Of a stretch of DNA of 47,136 nt, positions 1 to 11,221 are shown piece after piece. The notes beneath the pieces were generated by a model. That model did no database searches, was not told the origin of the DNA, and saw only the letters and a list, made by a program, of their open reading frames with translations. A program made the translations under genes and the position numbers. The stretch comes from Hydrogenovibrio sp. UBA654 (GTDB taxonomy: Bacteria > Pseudomonadota > Gammaproteobacteria > Thiomicrospirales > Thiomicrospiraceae), in the NCBI GenBank assembly GCA_002299585.1, contig DBOE01000088.1, positions 1 through 47,136 of the forward strand, in the 5' to 3' direction. How positions within the stretch are numbered: position 1 is the stretch's first letter; every line of letters begins with the position of its first letter.

Positions 1-43
1 CATGCCTAGAATTGATAGACTAGACGTTCACGCAGAATTTCAA

Positions 44-2131
44 TCAGTTGTTAAGTGCCTCCTTAATTGATAGTTTTACTCTACCCTGCTTGTCTATATC
101 AATCAATTTCACTTGAATTTCTTCACCTTCACTTAGGTAAGCACTTACATCTTCAACCCGCTCTTCGGCAATTTGTGAAACATGCACTAAACCCTCTTTA
201 CCAGGCATATAGGCAACAAATGCTCCAAAATCAACAATCTTTTTAACTACCGCATCATAGGTTTTACCTATTTCTGGTTCTGCAGTAATTTCAGCAATTC
301 TAGCCTTAGCTATTTCAGCAGATTGATTATCTTTAGCAGCAATTTTTACATTGCCATCATCATCTATTTCAATCACACAGCCAGTTTCTTCGGTTAAGGC
401 TCGAATGTTAGAACCACCTTTACCAATAATTTCTCGCACTTTTTCTGGTTTAACTTTTACCATAAAAAACTTAGGTGCATTGCTAGAAACATAAGTATTG
501 GACTTGCTAATAGCTTTTGACATAGCATCAAGAATAGTCATACGACCCACTTTAGCTTGAGATAAAGCTATTTCCATAATATCTTCAGTAATGCCCGATA
601 TTTTAATATCCATTTGTAAAGCGGTAATTCCTTCAGCCGTTCCAGCAACCTTAAAATCCATATCACCTAGATAATCTTCATCACCTAAAATATCAGACAA
701 TACAGCAAATCCAGATTCTTCTTTAACTAGTCCCATCGCAATGCCTGCAATTGGTGTGTCTATAGGAACACCTGCATGCATTAACGACATAGAAGTACCA
801 CAAACCGATGCCATAGAAGATGAACCATTTGACTCGGTAATTTCCGATACTACTCGGATAGTGTATGGAAACTCTTCAACCGTTGGCAATAAGGCAGCAA
901 CACCACGACGAGCTAACATACCATGCCCTATTTCACGACGACCAGGCATACCTACTCGACCACACTCTCCAACTGAATATGGAGGGAAATTATAATGCAT
1001 CATAAATCTATCATGATAAGAACCAGCTAAATCATCAACTATTTTAGAGTCCTTTTCAGTACCTAAAGTTGTTACTACAATAGCTTGCGTTTCACCACGG
1101 GTAAATAATGCAGAACCATGAGCTTTATTTAAAATACCTACTTTACATTGAATATCACGCACAGTACTAGCATCACGACCATCAATTCTTGGCTCACCTG
1201 CAATAATTCTGCCTCGCACAACTTCTTTTTGTAACTTACCAAATATTTTATCAACATCACCAGATTCAATATCACTGGCCGCAGTTACTAATTCTGCTTT
1301 TACTTTGCTTTTTGCAGTATCAAGAGCATCATATCTTGCCATTTTATCGGCAATTTTATAAGCCGCTTCAACATCTGTTTTGACTAGGTTAAACACTTGC
1401 TCTTTTAGGGTTACATTTTCGGCTTCTGCTTGCCAATCCCAAGTAGGTTTAGCAACTTCTGCTTTAAATTCACTAATTGCTGTAATGGCTACTTGCATTT
1501 GCTGATGCCCAAACATTACCGCACCTAACATTATTTTTTCAGAAAGTTCTGTAGCTTCTGACTCTACCATTAATACTGCATCGGAGGTGCCTGCTACACT
1601 TAACTCTAAATCAGACATCTCTAACTCATAAGTAGATGGGTTAAGTTTATAACCATCTTTATCTGAATAACCAACTATTGCCGCTCCAACAGGGCCATCA
1701 AATGGAATACCAGAGATAGCCAAAGCTGCTGAAGTTCCTAGCATAGCTGGAACTTCAGTGCCTATACTTTCATCTAATGACATGACCGTAGCTATAATTT
1801 GTACTTCATTTACAAAGCCTTTCGGAAAAAGCGGTCTGATAGGTCGGTCAATCAAACGAGAAAGCAGAGTTTCTTTTTCAGAAAGCCTAGCTTCTCTTTT
1901 CAAAAATCCTCCAGGTATCTTACCTGCAGCATAAGCTTTTTCTTGATATTGAACCATCAAAGGGAAAAAATCCTGCCCTTCTTTTGCTGACTTAACAGCC
2001 ACCACAGTTACTAATATCTGAGTATCGCCCATAGAAACCATTACTGCCCCATCTGCTTGGCGAGCAATTTCACCAGTTTCTAATGTTACTTGATGGTTTC
2101 CGTACTGAAAGGATTTAGTTATTTTTGACAT
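44..2131 (-). CDS. pnp: Polyribonucleotide nucleotidyltransferase (PNPase)
   Basis: Two RNase PH domains ([24 protein letters not shown]), KH and S1 domains. Start moved to the ATG at 2131 ([11 protein letters not shown]), which follows an AAGGGA RBS. Confidence 0.98.
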   Translation of the reverse strand: MSKITKSFQYGNHQVTLETGEIARQADGAVMVSMGDTQILVTVVAVKSAKEGQDFFPLMVQYQEKAYAAGKIPGGFLKREARLSEKETLLSRLIDRPIRPLFPKGFVNEVQIIATVMSLDESIGTEVPAMLGTSAALAISGIPFDGPVGAAIVGYSDKDGYKLNPSTYELEMSDLELSVAGTSDAVLMVESEATELSEKIMLGAVMFGHQQMQVAITAISEFKAEVAKPTWDWQAEAENVTLKEQVFNLVKTDVEAAYKIADKMARYDALDTAKSKVKAELVTAASDIESGDVDKIFGKLQKEVVRGRIIAGEPRIDGRDASTVRDIQCKVGILNKAHGSALFTRGETQAIVVTTLGTEKDSKIVDDLAGSYHDRFMMHYNFPPYSVGECGRVGMPGRREIGHGMLARRGVAALLPTVEEFPYTIRVVSEITESNGSSSMASVCGTSMSLMHAGVPIDTPIAGIAMGLVKEESGFAVLSDILGDEDYLGDMDFKVAGTAEGITALQMDIKISGITEDIMEIALSQAKVGRMTILDAMSKAISKSNTYVSSNAPKFFMVKVKPEKVREIIGKGGSNIRALTEETGCVIEIDDDGNVKIAAKDNQSAEIAKARIAEITAEPEIGKTYDAVVKKIVDFGAFVAYMPGKEGLVHVSQIAEERVEDVSAYLSEGEEIQVKLIDIDKQGRVKLSIKEALNN

Positions 2132-2221
2132 AGTTTTTCCCTTTAATAAATTATGGTGTATTATCACAGAGAGAGCCTCATAACTCAAGCTAAAAGGAAC
2201 ATTTTATAAATAAATAGTTAT

Positions 2222-2249
2222 AAAAAAACCCGTTAAAACGGGCTTTTTT
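2222..2249 (-). terminator. Rho-independent terminator after rpsO
   Basis: CCCGT-TAAA-ACGGG hairpin with an A-tract on one side and a T-tract on the other. Confidence 0.8.
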
Positions 2250-2267
2250 ATTATTAAGAAATAGTTG

Positions 2268-2534
2268 TTACTTACGCAAACCAAGTTTTTTAATTAATGC
2301 AAAATATCTTTGTGCTTCTTTAGCGTGCAAATAATCAAGCAATTTACGACGACGACTTACTAAACGCAATAAACCCGTACGAGAATGATTATCTTGTTTA
2401 TGTAATTTAAAGTGTTCAGTAAGGTACACTATACGATTAGTTAAAAGAGCAACTTGTACTTCAGGCGAACCAGTATCACCTTTACAAGTAGCATATTCTG
2501 CAACGATTGCAGCTTTGTCTTGAGCTGTTAGCAT
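2268..2534 (-). CDS. rpsO: 30S ribosomal protein S15
   Basis: [13 protein letters not shown]...[22 protein letters not shown]; lies upstream of pnp. Confidence 0.99.
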   Translation of the reverse strand: MLTAQDKAAIVAEYATCKGDTGSPEVQVALLTNRIVYLTEHFKLHKQDNHSRTGLLRLVSRRRKLLDYLHAKEAQRYFALIKKLGLRK

Positions 2535-2611
2535 GGATAAATCCTATAAAAATCGGCTTTTAAAATTAAGCGTAACCCACAGCCGACGGCAGGCACGAAT
2601 TGCACATTATA
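2535..2611 (-). promoter_or_regulatory. rpsO promoter (-10 TATAAT) and candidate structured S15 autoregulatory leader
   Basis: TATAAT at 2611-2606; GC-enriched leader with a TCGGCT/AGCCGA stem (2553-2558 and 2581-2586). Confidence 0.5.
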
Positions 2612-2630
2612 CTTATTTATAACAAAAAAA

Positions 2631-3119
2631 TCAACGCTTACCAGTACCATGCATATAATTACCAATATGTGAAAGATCTCGGCTTATAGCACGAACAAGA
2701 TGATCAAGACTTACTATAGCATTTTCTAATAAATTTACTGCTATATAGGGATATTCTACTTTTAACCTGTCATACATAGCCCGAGTGATTTCAATAAGTT
2801 TTACGGGGTTTTTACCTGCCGTCATTCGTAATTGTCTTGGTTCGCCATCAAAAAATGACATTTCACCGATTAAACTACCTGTTTCTTGCTTACCAATCAT
2901 AGACTCTGTCTGTCCATTTGATGAAGTAAAGGCAACCTTTCCTTTATAAATAAAATACATTGATGTACCTACTTCTCCCATATCAACAATCACTTCATTT
3001 GGCTTAAGCTCTTTTTCTTGTAAATAATTTCTCATAGCATCAACTTCATTCAAGGTCAATGATTCACAAATCAAGTTTGCTTGAAAAAACTCAAATAATT
3101 CATTTGCTGTTATATTCAT
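2631..3119 (-). CDS. Stand-alone cyclic-nucleotide-binding domain protein
   Basis: GEVGTSMYFIYKGKV and GSLIGEMSFFDGEPR cNMP-binding motifs; no HTH tail. ATG at 3119 follows a GAGGAG RBS. Confidence 0.85.
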   Translation of the reverse strand: MNITANELFEFFQANLICESLTLNEVDAMRNYLQEKELKPNEVIVDMGEVGTSMYFIYKGKVAFTSSNGQTESMIGKQETGSLIGEMSFFDGEPRQLRMTAGKNPVKLIEITRAMYDRLKVEYPYIAVNLLENAIVSLDHLVRAISRDLSHIGNYMHGTGKR

Positions 3120-3186
3120 GGCTACTCTCCTCAAGCAGTTAATTTGGCAATAAAAGATGAAAAAGACCTTCTATTCTACTAAACTA

Positions 3187-4074
3187 TTAAAGATTAAATA
3201 ATCTCTTTGGCTTTAGCAATTGTTTTGCTATTTGCCATTCCCCAACCCCAAAAAAGATATTGTTAGAATCATAGAACTTAACCAATTCTGTTGTTGGTTT
3301 TTCGAACGCTAGTTTACCACCATGTTTGATAATATTGGTATCTTTTTCACCTAGATGTATAGACTGTAAGTGCTGTAAAGGCAAATCTAATGGCAGCAAA
3401 TACTCTGCTGAACCTAATGACAAATCTTGCAAACTTTGCATTTGATTAGCAGTAATGCTACCCGCTTGAGTTCTATGTAATGCGATTAAATGCCCTAAAG
3501 TCCCAAGATGCTTAGCTATATCTTCACCTAAAGTACGCACATAGGTACCTTTTGTACAATGTACTTCAAAAACTATCACCTGGCTATTAAAAGAAATCAA
3601 CGATAAGGATAGTATTGTTATTTTGCGAGCAGGTCTCTCAATGTGAATGCCTTTTCTAGCATATTCATATAAAGGTTTACCTTGGTGCTTTAAGGCTGAA
3701 TACATTGGTGGTATTTGTTCAGTTTCACCAGTAAACTTTGCAAATACTGTTTTTATTTGTTGTTCAGATAAGCGAGGAATAGGGCTTTCTAAAATAACTT
3801 GTCCATCTTTATCGCCAGTATCAGTTGCTTGCCCTAATTTAAGTGAAGCTGTATATTTTTTATCAGAATCTAATAGTAAACCAGAAATCTTGGTTGCTTC
3901 ACCAAAACAAATTGGTAATAAGCCAGTAGCAAAAGGATCTAATGCCCCTGTATGACCTGCTTTTTTAGCATTATAAAAACGCTTTACTGTTTGTAATGCC
4001 CCATTAGAAGTTATGCCTGCTGGTTTATCCAGCAAAATAATTCCATCAACTTTTTGCCATACTTTTTTTATCAA
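3187..4074 (-). CDS. truB: tRNA pseudouridine(55) synthase
   Basis: KAGHTGALDPFATG, QIPPMYSALK, KGTYVRTL. Confidence 0.98.
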   Translation of the reverse strand: MIKKVWQKVDGIILLDKPAGITSNGALQTVKRFYNAKKAGHTGALDPFATGLLPICFGEATKISGLLLDSDKKYTASLKLGQATDTGDKDGQVILESPIPRLSEQQIKTVFAKFTGETEQIPPMYSALKHQGKPLYEYARKGIHIERPARKITILSLSLISFNSQVIVFEVHCTKGTYVRTLGEDIAKHLGTLGHLIALHRTQAGSITANQMQSLQDLSLGSAEYLLPLDLPLQHLQSIHLGEKDTNIIKHGGKLAFEKPTTELVKFYDSNNIFFGVGEWQIAKQLLKPKRLFNL

Positions 4075-4430
4075 TTTTTATGCAAAGCCTTAAAAATCAA
4101 TTCTTCAATATGACCTGCATTTTCAGCAACTTTATCATAAAAGAACCTTAAATATGGAGTAATCCTTAAATTCATCCGCCTGCCTACCTCTGTCCTAAAA
4201 AAACCTTTAGCTTTTTCAAGTGCTTGAATTGCCTTTTGAGATAGATCATCCTGTTCATTAGCTCCGATAATAGTAAAATAAATGGTAGCAATACTTAAAT
4301 CTTTAGAAATTTTAACTTCAGTAATGTTAATTTTTTCTAATCGAGGGTCTTTAGTTTCTCTGTGTAAAATTTCACTTAAGGTTTTACGAAGCTCAAGTGA
4401 TACGCGTTTAGTACGACTGGCATCAGCCAT
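4071..4430 (-). CDS. rbfA: Ribosome-binding factor A
   Basis: RTKRV..ELRK, DPRL, SKDLS.A, LRITPYLRF; lies between infB and truB. Confidence 0.96.
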   Translation of the reverse strand: MADASRTKRVSLELRKTLSEILHRETKDPRLEKINITEVKISKDLSIATIYFTIIGANEQDDLSQKAIQALEKAKGFFRTEVGRRMNLRITPYLRFFYDKVAENAGHIEELIFKALHKN

Positions 4431-6892
4431 TAGTCAAGAGTCCTTTTTACTTCAACTCTTTCATAACACTCTATTTGATCGCCAACTTTAACATCGTTAT
4501 AGTCTTTTACGCCAATACCGCACTCTGTATTTTTTGCTACTTCATTTATATCATCTTTAAAGCGTCTAAGAGACTCTAAAGTACCTTCGTAAATTACTAC
4601 ATTTTCGCGCAATACACGAATTGGATTATTGCGTTTCATGATGCCTTCTGTCACCATACAACCAGCAATCAAGCCAATTTTTGGAGCTTTAAATACATCA
4701 CGAACATCAGCAACGCCAACAATGTTTTCTTGAAAGTCAGGAGCAAGTTTACCTTCAGCTGCTCGTTTAACTTCGTCCACTATTTCATAAATTACACTGT
4801 AATATTTAAGGAATACACCTTCACTATCTATCACCCGTTTGGCTTTTGCATCCGCACGAACATTAAAACCAAAAATTAGTGCATCAGAGGCTAAAGCTAG
4901 GTTGGCATCTGTTTCAGAAATACCACCAACACCAGATGAAACTATTGAAACCTTAACCTCTTCATTAGATAACTTAGTCAATGCATCATTAATGGCTTCA
5001 ATAGAGCCTTGTACATCAGCTTTTAAGATGATGTTTACATTTTGAATATCACCCTCAGCCATTCTATTAAACATATTATCTAATTTAGATTTTTGCTGGC
5101 GAGCTATTTTAAGTTCTTTAGCTTTAGTTTGCCTATAGCTAGCAACTTCTCTGGCTTTTCTTTCATTTTCAACGCCAATCATGTCATCTCCAGCAATCGG
5201 CACACCAGATAATCCTAAGATTTGCACAGGAATAGAAGGCCCTGCACTAGCTACATTTTTACCTTGTTCATTCATTAAGCCACGCACGCGTCCATATTCC
5301 ATTCCGCAAAGAACAATATCGCCTTTTTTAATAGTGCCAGACTGCACTAGCACAGTTGCAACTGCTCCACGACCTTTATCTAGCCTTGACTCAATAACTA
5401 CACCGCGAGCAGAACTATTAATAGCAGCTTCCAACTCTAACATTTCTGATAGTAAAGCAATCGACTCTAATAGATCATCAACCCCTTCTCCTGTTTTAGC
5501 AGATACCTTTACAAAAGGAACTTCCCCCCCCCAGTCTTCAGGCACTACTTCTTCAGCAACCAGTTCTTGCATAACTTTATCAGGATTAGCACCTTCTTTA
5601 TCTATTTTATTAATTGCCACAACCATAGCTAAATCAGCTGCTTTTGCATGCTGAATAGCTTCTTTAGTTTGCGGCATAACACCATCATCTGCCGCAACAA
5701 CTATAATAACAACATCGGTAACTTTTGCACCACGAGCTCGCATTGCAGTAAAGGCTTCATGCCCAGGAGTATCTATAAAAGTTACCCCGCCTTTTTCTGT
5801 AGCAACATGATATGCACCGATATGCTGAGTAATTCCACCTGACTCTCCATGAGCCACTTTTGCTTTACGAATATAATCAAGCAGAGAGGTTTTACCATGG
5901 TCAACATGTCCCATAATAGTTACAACAGGTGAGCGTTGGGTCATTTCGTAATCAGCATCTTGATTGACAACATCATCTTCAAGCTGGTTATCATTTACTA
6001 ATATAGCTTTATGTCCCATTTCTTCAACAATAAGCTGAGCTGTTTCTTGATCAAGCACTTGGTTAATGGTAACCATAGAACCCATAGACATCATAAACTT
6101 AATAATTTCTGCAACTTTAATAGCCATTTTATCCGCTATTTCAGCTACTTTTATGGTTTCACCGATAGTGATTTCATGGATTTGCTTTTCAACAGGCTTT
6201 TGAAAACCATGCTCGTTTTCTAACTCTATTTCAGCAGATCTTTTATGATGATGTAATTTATGGCGACGACGACCAAAAGCATCATTCCCCCCAGACATAG
6301 CAATATTTTTCTTTGATTGCTTTTCTTTACTAAATGACTTACCTTTAACGACTTTATTTTTGTCAAATTTAGCAGCCGTCTTAGGAGCTGAATCCTGTTT
6401 GGTAAATTGTTTTTTAGCTTTTTCTTTCTTTGTGCCTTCTTCTAAAACAACTTCTTCAGGTACTACTTTTGTGACTGATTCTTTATTTGTTGATTTAATA
6501 TTTTTTTCTGCTACAACAACTTTTTTGGTAATAATTTCAGCTTTTTCTTCAACCTCTGGAATTTTAACAATTTCTTCTGATTGTTCGATAATTTCTGGTT
6601 TTTTAACATAGGTTCGTTTTTTTCTAACTTCTATGTTAACGGTTCTTTTACCACCATTAGAAGGAAAGCTAAGTTTTTGCACTTTTTTTCTATTTAAAGT
6701 TACTCTTTTAGTAGAGCTAGATGACTCTCCATGTAAACTTTTTAAATAGTTTAAAAGTGTTACTCTTTCTTCTTCAGACAAGGATGACTCTGAAGTTTTA
6801 TCCTTGATTCCTGATTTTTCAATTTGTGAAAGTAGCTTCTCTGTTGACAGAGTTAGTTTTTCCGCAAATTCTTTTATAGATATTTCTGACAT
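4430..6892 (-). CDS. infB: Translation initiation factor IF-2
   Basis: [34 protein letters not shown]. Confidence 0.99.
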   Translation of the reverse strand: MSEISIKEFAEKLTLSTEKLLSQIEKSGIKDKTSESSLSEEERVTLLNYLKSLHGESSSSTKRVTLNRKKVQKLSFPSNGGKRTVNIEVRKKRTYVKKPEIIEQSEEIVKIPEVEEKAEIITKKVVVAEKNIKSTNKESVTKVVPEEVVLEEGTKKEKAKKQFTKQDSAPKTAAKFDKNKVVKGKSFSKEKQSKKNIAMSGGNDAFGRRRHKLHHHKRSAEIELENEHGFQKPVEKQIHEITIGETIKVAEIADKMAIKVAEIIKFMMSMGSMVTINQVLDQETAQLIVEEMGHKAILVNDNQLEDDVVNQDADYEMTQRSPVVTIMGHVDHGKTSLLDYIRKAKVAHGESGGITQHIGAYHVATEKGGVTFIDTPGHEAFTAMRARGAKVTDVVIIVVAADDGVMPQTKEAIQHAKAADLAMVVAINKIDKEGANPDKVMQELVAEEVVPEDWGGEVPFVKVSAKTGEGVDDLLESIALLSEMLELEAAINSSARGVVIESRLDKGRGAVATVLVQSGTIKKGDIVLCGMEYGRVRGLMNEQGKNVASAGPSIPVQILGLSGVPIAGDDMIGVENERKAREVASYRQTKAKELKIARQQKSKLDNMFNRMAEGDIQNVNIILKADVQGSIEAINDALTKLSNEEVKVSIVSSGVGGISETDANLALASDALIFGFNVRADAKAKRVIDSEGVFLKYYSVIYEIVDEVKRAAEGKLAPDFQENIVGVADVRDVFKAPKIGLIAGCMVTEGIMKRNNPIRVLRENVVIYEGTLESLRRFKDDINEVAKNTECGIGVKDYNDVKVGDQIECYERVEVKRTLD

Positions 6893-6912
6893 AATTTTAT
6901 ATTGCCTCCTGC

Positions 6913-8400
6913 TTATTCAAACCAAGGAGCACGAGCTTTAAGAATTAATTCTCCAGCCGTCTCTTCGTCAATTTCTATAATTTCTAATAGCTCATCAGTG
7001 GCAAGTTCTGCCAAATCTTCTTGAGTAATTATATTAGCACCAGCTAAAGTTTTAGCCATTTGATCTGTCATGCCTGCTAATGCTTTTAAGTCATCAGCTG
7101 GCTCTGCCATAGCTATTTTCTCTTCTACTGAAATTGCTTGAGTTAATAAAACATCTTTTGCTCGTTCTTTTAACTCCCCTATAATTTCTTCATCAAACCC
7201 TTCAATCTCTAGCATTTCTTTGGCAGGCACATAAGCTACTTCTTCAAGAGTTGTAAAACCTTCTGCCACTAGTACTTCCGCAAAATCTTCATCAACATCA
7301 AGCCCGTCTACAAATACACTAATATAGTCTTTTGACGCTATTTCATTTTTTTCCGACATGTCACTTTCTGACATCACATTTAATGTCCATCCAGTTAGTT
7401 CGGTTGCTAGACGAATATTTTGTCCATTTTTACCAATTGCTTGTGAAAGCTGTTCGTCATCTACAGCTAAGTCCATAGTGTGCTTATCTTCATCTACCAC
7501 AATTGAGGTAACTTCCGCTGGAGCCATTGAATTGATAACAAATTGTGCATCATTTGCATCCCACAAAATAATATCAATTCTCTCTCCATTTAATTCATTA
7601 GTAACAGCTTGCACTCGACTACCACGCATACCTACACAAGCTCCTATAGGATCTAACCGAGAGTCATTTGCTCTAACGGCAACCTTCGCTCTTAATCCAA
7701 CATCACGAGCTGCGGACATAATATCTATTAAGTCATCGCCTATTTCAGGCACTTCGACCTTAAATAATTCCATTAACATTTCTTTACAAGCACGAGACAT
7801 TATAATTTGTGCCCCTCTGGTTTTATAAGAGACTTCTTGTACATAGGCTCTAACTCTATCACCTAGTTTAAACATTTCACGATTAATTAGCTCTGCACGA
7901 GGAATAACAGCATCAATATTATCACCTAAATCTAAGATTACATCTCCGCGATCTATTCTTTTAACTTGACCAGTTATAATTTCTCCGACTCTTTTAGAGT
8001 AGTCTTCAGCAACTCTCCTACGCTCTGCCTCTCTAACTTTTTGCATAATAACTTGTTTAGCTGTTTGGGCACCAATACGACCAAACTCGATTGATTCCAT
8101 TGGCTCTTTTATGTATTCACCCGGTTCTATATTTGGGTCTATATCAATAGCATCCATCTGGCGAATATACCATTGAACATTTTCTTCAATCGCGACATCA
8201 TCTTCAATAACTTCCCAAACTCGAAAAGTGTCATAATCACCAGTGTCACGATCAATTAATACTTGAACATCCACTTCATCATGATTACTTTTTTTGGTTG
8301 CCATTGCTAATGCAACTTCAATAGCTTCAAAGATAACCTCTTTGTCAACATTCTTCTCATTAGACATAATGTCTACAACTGCCAATACTTCTTTGCTCAC
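6913..8400 (-). CDS. nusA: Transcription termination/antitermination factor NusA
   Basis: [13 protein letters not shown]1, two KH domains ([18 protein letters not shown]) and acidic repeats. GTG start at 8400 follows a GAGG RBS. Confidence 0.98.
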   Translation of the reverse strand: MSKEVLAVVDIMSNEKNVDKEVIFEAIEVALAMATKKSNHDEVDVQVLIDRDTGDYDTFRVWEVIEDDVAIEENVQWYIRQMDAIDIDPNIEPGEYIKEPMESIEFGRIGAQTAKQVIMQKVREAERRRVAEDYSKRVGEIITGQVKRIDRGDVILDLGDNIDAVIPRAELINREMFKLGDRVRAYVQEVSYKTRGAQIIMSRACKEMLMELFKVEVPEIGDDLIDIMSAARDVGLRAKVAVRANDSRLDPIGACVGMRGSRVQAVTNELNGERIDIILWDANDAQFVINSMAPAEVTSIVVDEDKHTMDLAVDDEQLSQAIGKNGQNIRLATELTGWTLNVMSESDMSEKNEIASKDYISVFVDGLDVDEDFAEVLVAEGFTTLEEVAYVPAKEMLEIEGFDEEIIGELKERAKDVLLTQAISVEEKIAMAEPADDLKALAGMTDQMAKTLAGANIITQEDLAELATDELLEIIEIDEETAGELILKARAPWFE

Positions 8401-8483
8401 TTTAACTTTCCTCAAAATGAATTTTAAAATTAATTCTTTAGATACCTTTGTGCGAGTAAGTCGCACAAAGGCCTTCTTTAGTA

Positions 8484-8936
8484 TTAAATATTATGAATTA
8501 AATTTGCTTTATCTATTTCTGCAAAAATAATGTTATAAAGTTCACCATCTACTTCAACATCTACCCCTTGTTCATTAACGCTTTCCATAATACCTTTAAA
8601 GCGTTTACGCCCCATCACCAAACTTATAGTTTTTATTTGAACTTGTTCGCCTTGGTATTTTTTAAACTGCTCAAACCTAAATAAAGGCCTGTCTAAACCA
8701 GGGGAAGATACTTCAAGCGTATATGCACTGGCAATAGGGTCTTCTACATCCATAATCGCACTTATTTGATGGCTAACTTTTCCACAATCATCAACATTAA
8801 CACCATTATCAGAATCTATATACACCCTTAACATAGAGTTCTTCCCCGCAGGTAAATACTCACAGCCCCAAAAATCAATGCTCATTGACTCTATTACTGG
8901 TTTTATTAAGTGTTCAACTTTTTCTTCTAAGGTCAC
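8484..8936 (-). CDS. rimP: Ribosome maturation factor RimP
   Basis: [25 protein letters not shown]. Confidence 0.97.
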   Translation of the reverse strand: MTLEEKVEHLIKPVIESMSIDFWGCEYLPAGKNSMLRVYIDSDNGVNVDDCGKVSHQISAIMDVEDPIASAYTLEVSSPGLDRPLFRFEQFKKYQGEQVQIKTISLVMGRKRFKGIMESVNEQGVDVEVDGELYNIIFAEIDKANLIHNI

Positions 8937-8965
8937 TAAAACTTATTTTCCTTTTGACAAAAAAC

Positions 8966-8991
8966 AAAAAACCCCGTAAAGACGGGGTTTT
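8966..8991 (-). terminator. Terminator hairpin in the rimP leader (attenuator-like)
   Basis: AAAAACCCCGT-AAAG-ACGGGGTTTTT, located between a sigma70 promoter and the rimP start. Confidence 0.7.
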
Positions 8992-9052
8992 TAAAAAATA
9001 AATAGCAAACAAACATTTACTATTTAAATGTAATTTTTAAAAAACTCCGTAC

Positions 9053-9081
9053 ATTATAAACCAGTTCATCTATATTTACAA
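9053..9081 (-). promoter_or_regulatory. Sigma70 promoter of the rimP-nusA-infB operon
   Basis: Minus strand TTGTAA-17 bp-TATAAT. Confidence 0.7.
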
Positions 9082-9129
9082 AGACTTTAAAAGATATTTT
9101 TGGTAAAAATAAAAACCATGTTTCTATAA

Positions 9130-11097
9130 TCAAAAAGTTTCAGGAGTTTTCTGTAATTGTTTTAATATAGATTCATCTTCTAGGGTAGATGTATCAGTAG
9201 TTATTTCTTCTCCTTTGGCTATAGTTCTAAGCAATCTACGCATGATTTTACCTGAACGAGTTTTTGGTAAATTTATACCAATTCTTATCTCATCAGGTTT
9301 GGCAATAGCTCCTATTTCTTTTGCTACATGTTTTTTTAAATCTTGCATTAATATTTCTCGTTTCTCACCACTAGGTATATCTATATTCAATACCACAAAA
9401 GCAAAAACAGACTCCCCTTTTATCTCGTGTGGTTTACCTACTACTGCGGCTTCGGCAACTAGTTGATGTGATACTAAAGCTGATTCTATTTCCATCGTTC
9501 CTAATCTATGACCAGAAACATTTAGTACATCATCTATTCTACCCAAAATCCAAAAATTACCTTCTGCATCAATATGTGCAGAATCTCCAACAACATAATA
9601 TTTATTAGCAAACTGTTTGAAGTATGCATCAATATAGCGTTGTTCATCACCCCAAACATTTCTAATCATAGATGGCCAAGGTTTTTCTATTACTAAAATC
9701 CCCCCCTCTCCATTATCTAAAACATTGCCTTTTTCATCTACTATTTTTGCATCAATCCCTGGCAATGGTTTGGTGCAAGACCCTGGTTTCATGGTTGTTA
9801 TCCCTGGTAATGGGGCAATCATTACTGCTCCAGTTTCTGTTTGCCACCAAGTGTCAACTATAGGGCAACTTTCATTACCTATTACCTTGTAATACCAGAT
9901 CCATGCTTCGGGGTTTATTGGCTCTCCAACCGTACCAAGTAATCTTAATTTGGATAAATCATACTGTTTTGGTAAATTATCGCCAAACTTCATTAAGGCT
10001 CTTATTGCAGTTGGTGCCGTGTAAAAAACTGAAACTGCATGATTTTGACAAATTTCCCAAAATCTACCAGCACTAGGATAAGTAGGCACTCCTTCAAAAA
10101 TAACTATAGTTGCCCCCATTGATAAAGGGCCATAGACAACATAAGTATGTCCAGTTATCCAACCAACATCGGCAGTACACCAAAAAACATCATCATCTTT
10201 TAAATCAAACACCCATTCATTAGTTAAATGTGCATTTAATAAATAACCTCCAGTACTATGTTGCACGCCTTTTGGTTTACCAGTTGAGCCAGAAGTATAG
10301 AGTAAAAACAATGGGTGTTCAGATTCAACCATAACAGCATCATGGTAATTACTCATGCCAGCAACAACATCATGCCAATAAATATCCCGCTTATCTTGCA
10401 TTGCAATTTTATAATCTGTTCTAGCGTAAACAATAACTTTACAAACAGAATTACCGCCCCCTTCTAAGGCTTCGTCAACGGATTTTTTAACTAAGATAGT
10501 TTTACCGCCTCTAATACTTACATTAGTAGTAATTATCATTTTTGCACCAGCACTTTCAATTCTATCTCTTAATGATGCACTAGAAAAACCTGCAAAAACA
10601 ACCGAGTGAATAGCTCCAACTCTAGCACAAGCTTGCATAGCAAAAATTGCTTGTGGAATCATTGGCATATAAATAATTACCCGGTCACCTTTTTCAATTC
10701 CTTGAGTTGTTAATGCATTAGCAAAGCGACAAACTTCATCGTGTAGTTCTTTATAAGTATATTGGTCAACCTTACCATCATCATGCTCAAAAATAATAGC
10801 TAATTTATCAGATTTATCAGTAAGATGCCTATCTATACAATTATAAGAAGCATTTAATTTGCCATCAGTAAACCACCTATAAAAAGGAGCTTTAGAATCA
10901 TCAAGATCAACAGTAAAATCTTTTGCCCAAGTTAGTTTTTCTTTAGCCAAATCGGCCCAAAAACCAACATTGTTTTTTTCTGCCTTAAGCAACATTTGTT
11001 GATATATTTGCTCAGTAATATTAGCTTGTTTTTTAAATTTTTTTGAAGGGAAAAAATTACGATTTTCTTGTAAAATTGAACTTATATTATTTGACAT
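9130..11097 (-). CDS. acs: Acetyl-CoA synthetase
   Basis: [36 protein letters not shown] at 11097 is preferred because the longer ORF starts inside a MITE. Confidence 0.97.
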   Translation of the reverse strand: MSNNISSILQENRNFFPSKKFKKQANITEQIYQQMLLKAEKNNVGFWADLAKEKLTWAKDFTVDLDDSKAPFYRWFTDGKLNASYNCIDRHLTDKSDKLAIIFEHDDGKVDQYTYKELHDEVCRFANALTTQGIEKGDRVIIYMPMIPQAIFAMQACARVGAIHSVVFAGFSSASLRDRIESAGAKMIITTNVSIRGGKTILVKKSVDEALEGGGNSVCKVIVYARTDYKIAMQDKRDIYWHDVVAGMSNYHDAVMVESEHPLFLLYTSGSTGKPKGVQHSTGGYLLNAHLTNEWVFDLKDDDVFWCTADVGWITGHTYVVYGPLSMGATIVIFEGVPTYPSAGRFWEICQNHAVSVFYTAPTAIRALMKFGDNLPKQYDLSKLRLLGTVGEPINPEAWIWYYKVIGNESCPIVDTWWQTETGAVMIAPLPGITTMKPGSCTKPLPGIDAKIVDEKGNVLDNGEGGILVIEKPWPSMIRNVWGDEQRYIDAYFKQFANKYYVVGDSAHIDAEGNFWILGRIDDVLNVSGHRLGTMEIESALVSHQLVAEAAVVGKPHEIKGESVFAFVVLNIDIPSGEKREILMQDLKKHVAKEIGAIAKPDEIRIGINLPKTRSGKIMRRLLRTIAKGEEITTDTSTLEDESILKQLQKTPETF

Positions 11098-11130
11098 GAT
11101 TAAACACCCCTTAAGGAATTTATAAATTAA

Positions 11131-11221
11131 GGAGCCTCTGAACAAGTATGATTATTTTATACAGGCAAAAAAAGTCGCTATTTTCTCAGTCTAATTCTAA
11201 CCCTACTTATTCAGAGGCTAC
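11131..11221. mobile_element. MITE, internally deleted copy (91 bp), IS5-like ends
   Basis: TIR GGAGCCTCTGAACAAGTA versus the reverse complement of the right end GTAGCCTCTGAATAAGTA (16/18). TTAA on both flanks. Matches 24992-25147 in reverse orientation. Confidence 0.85.
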
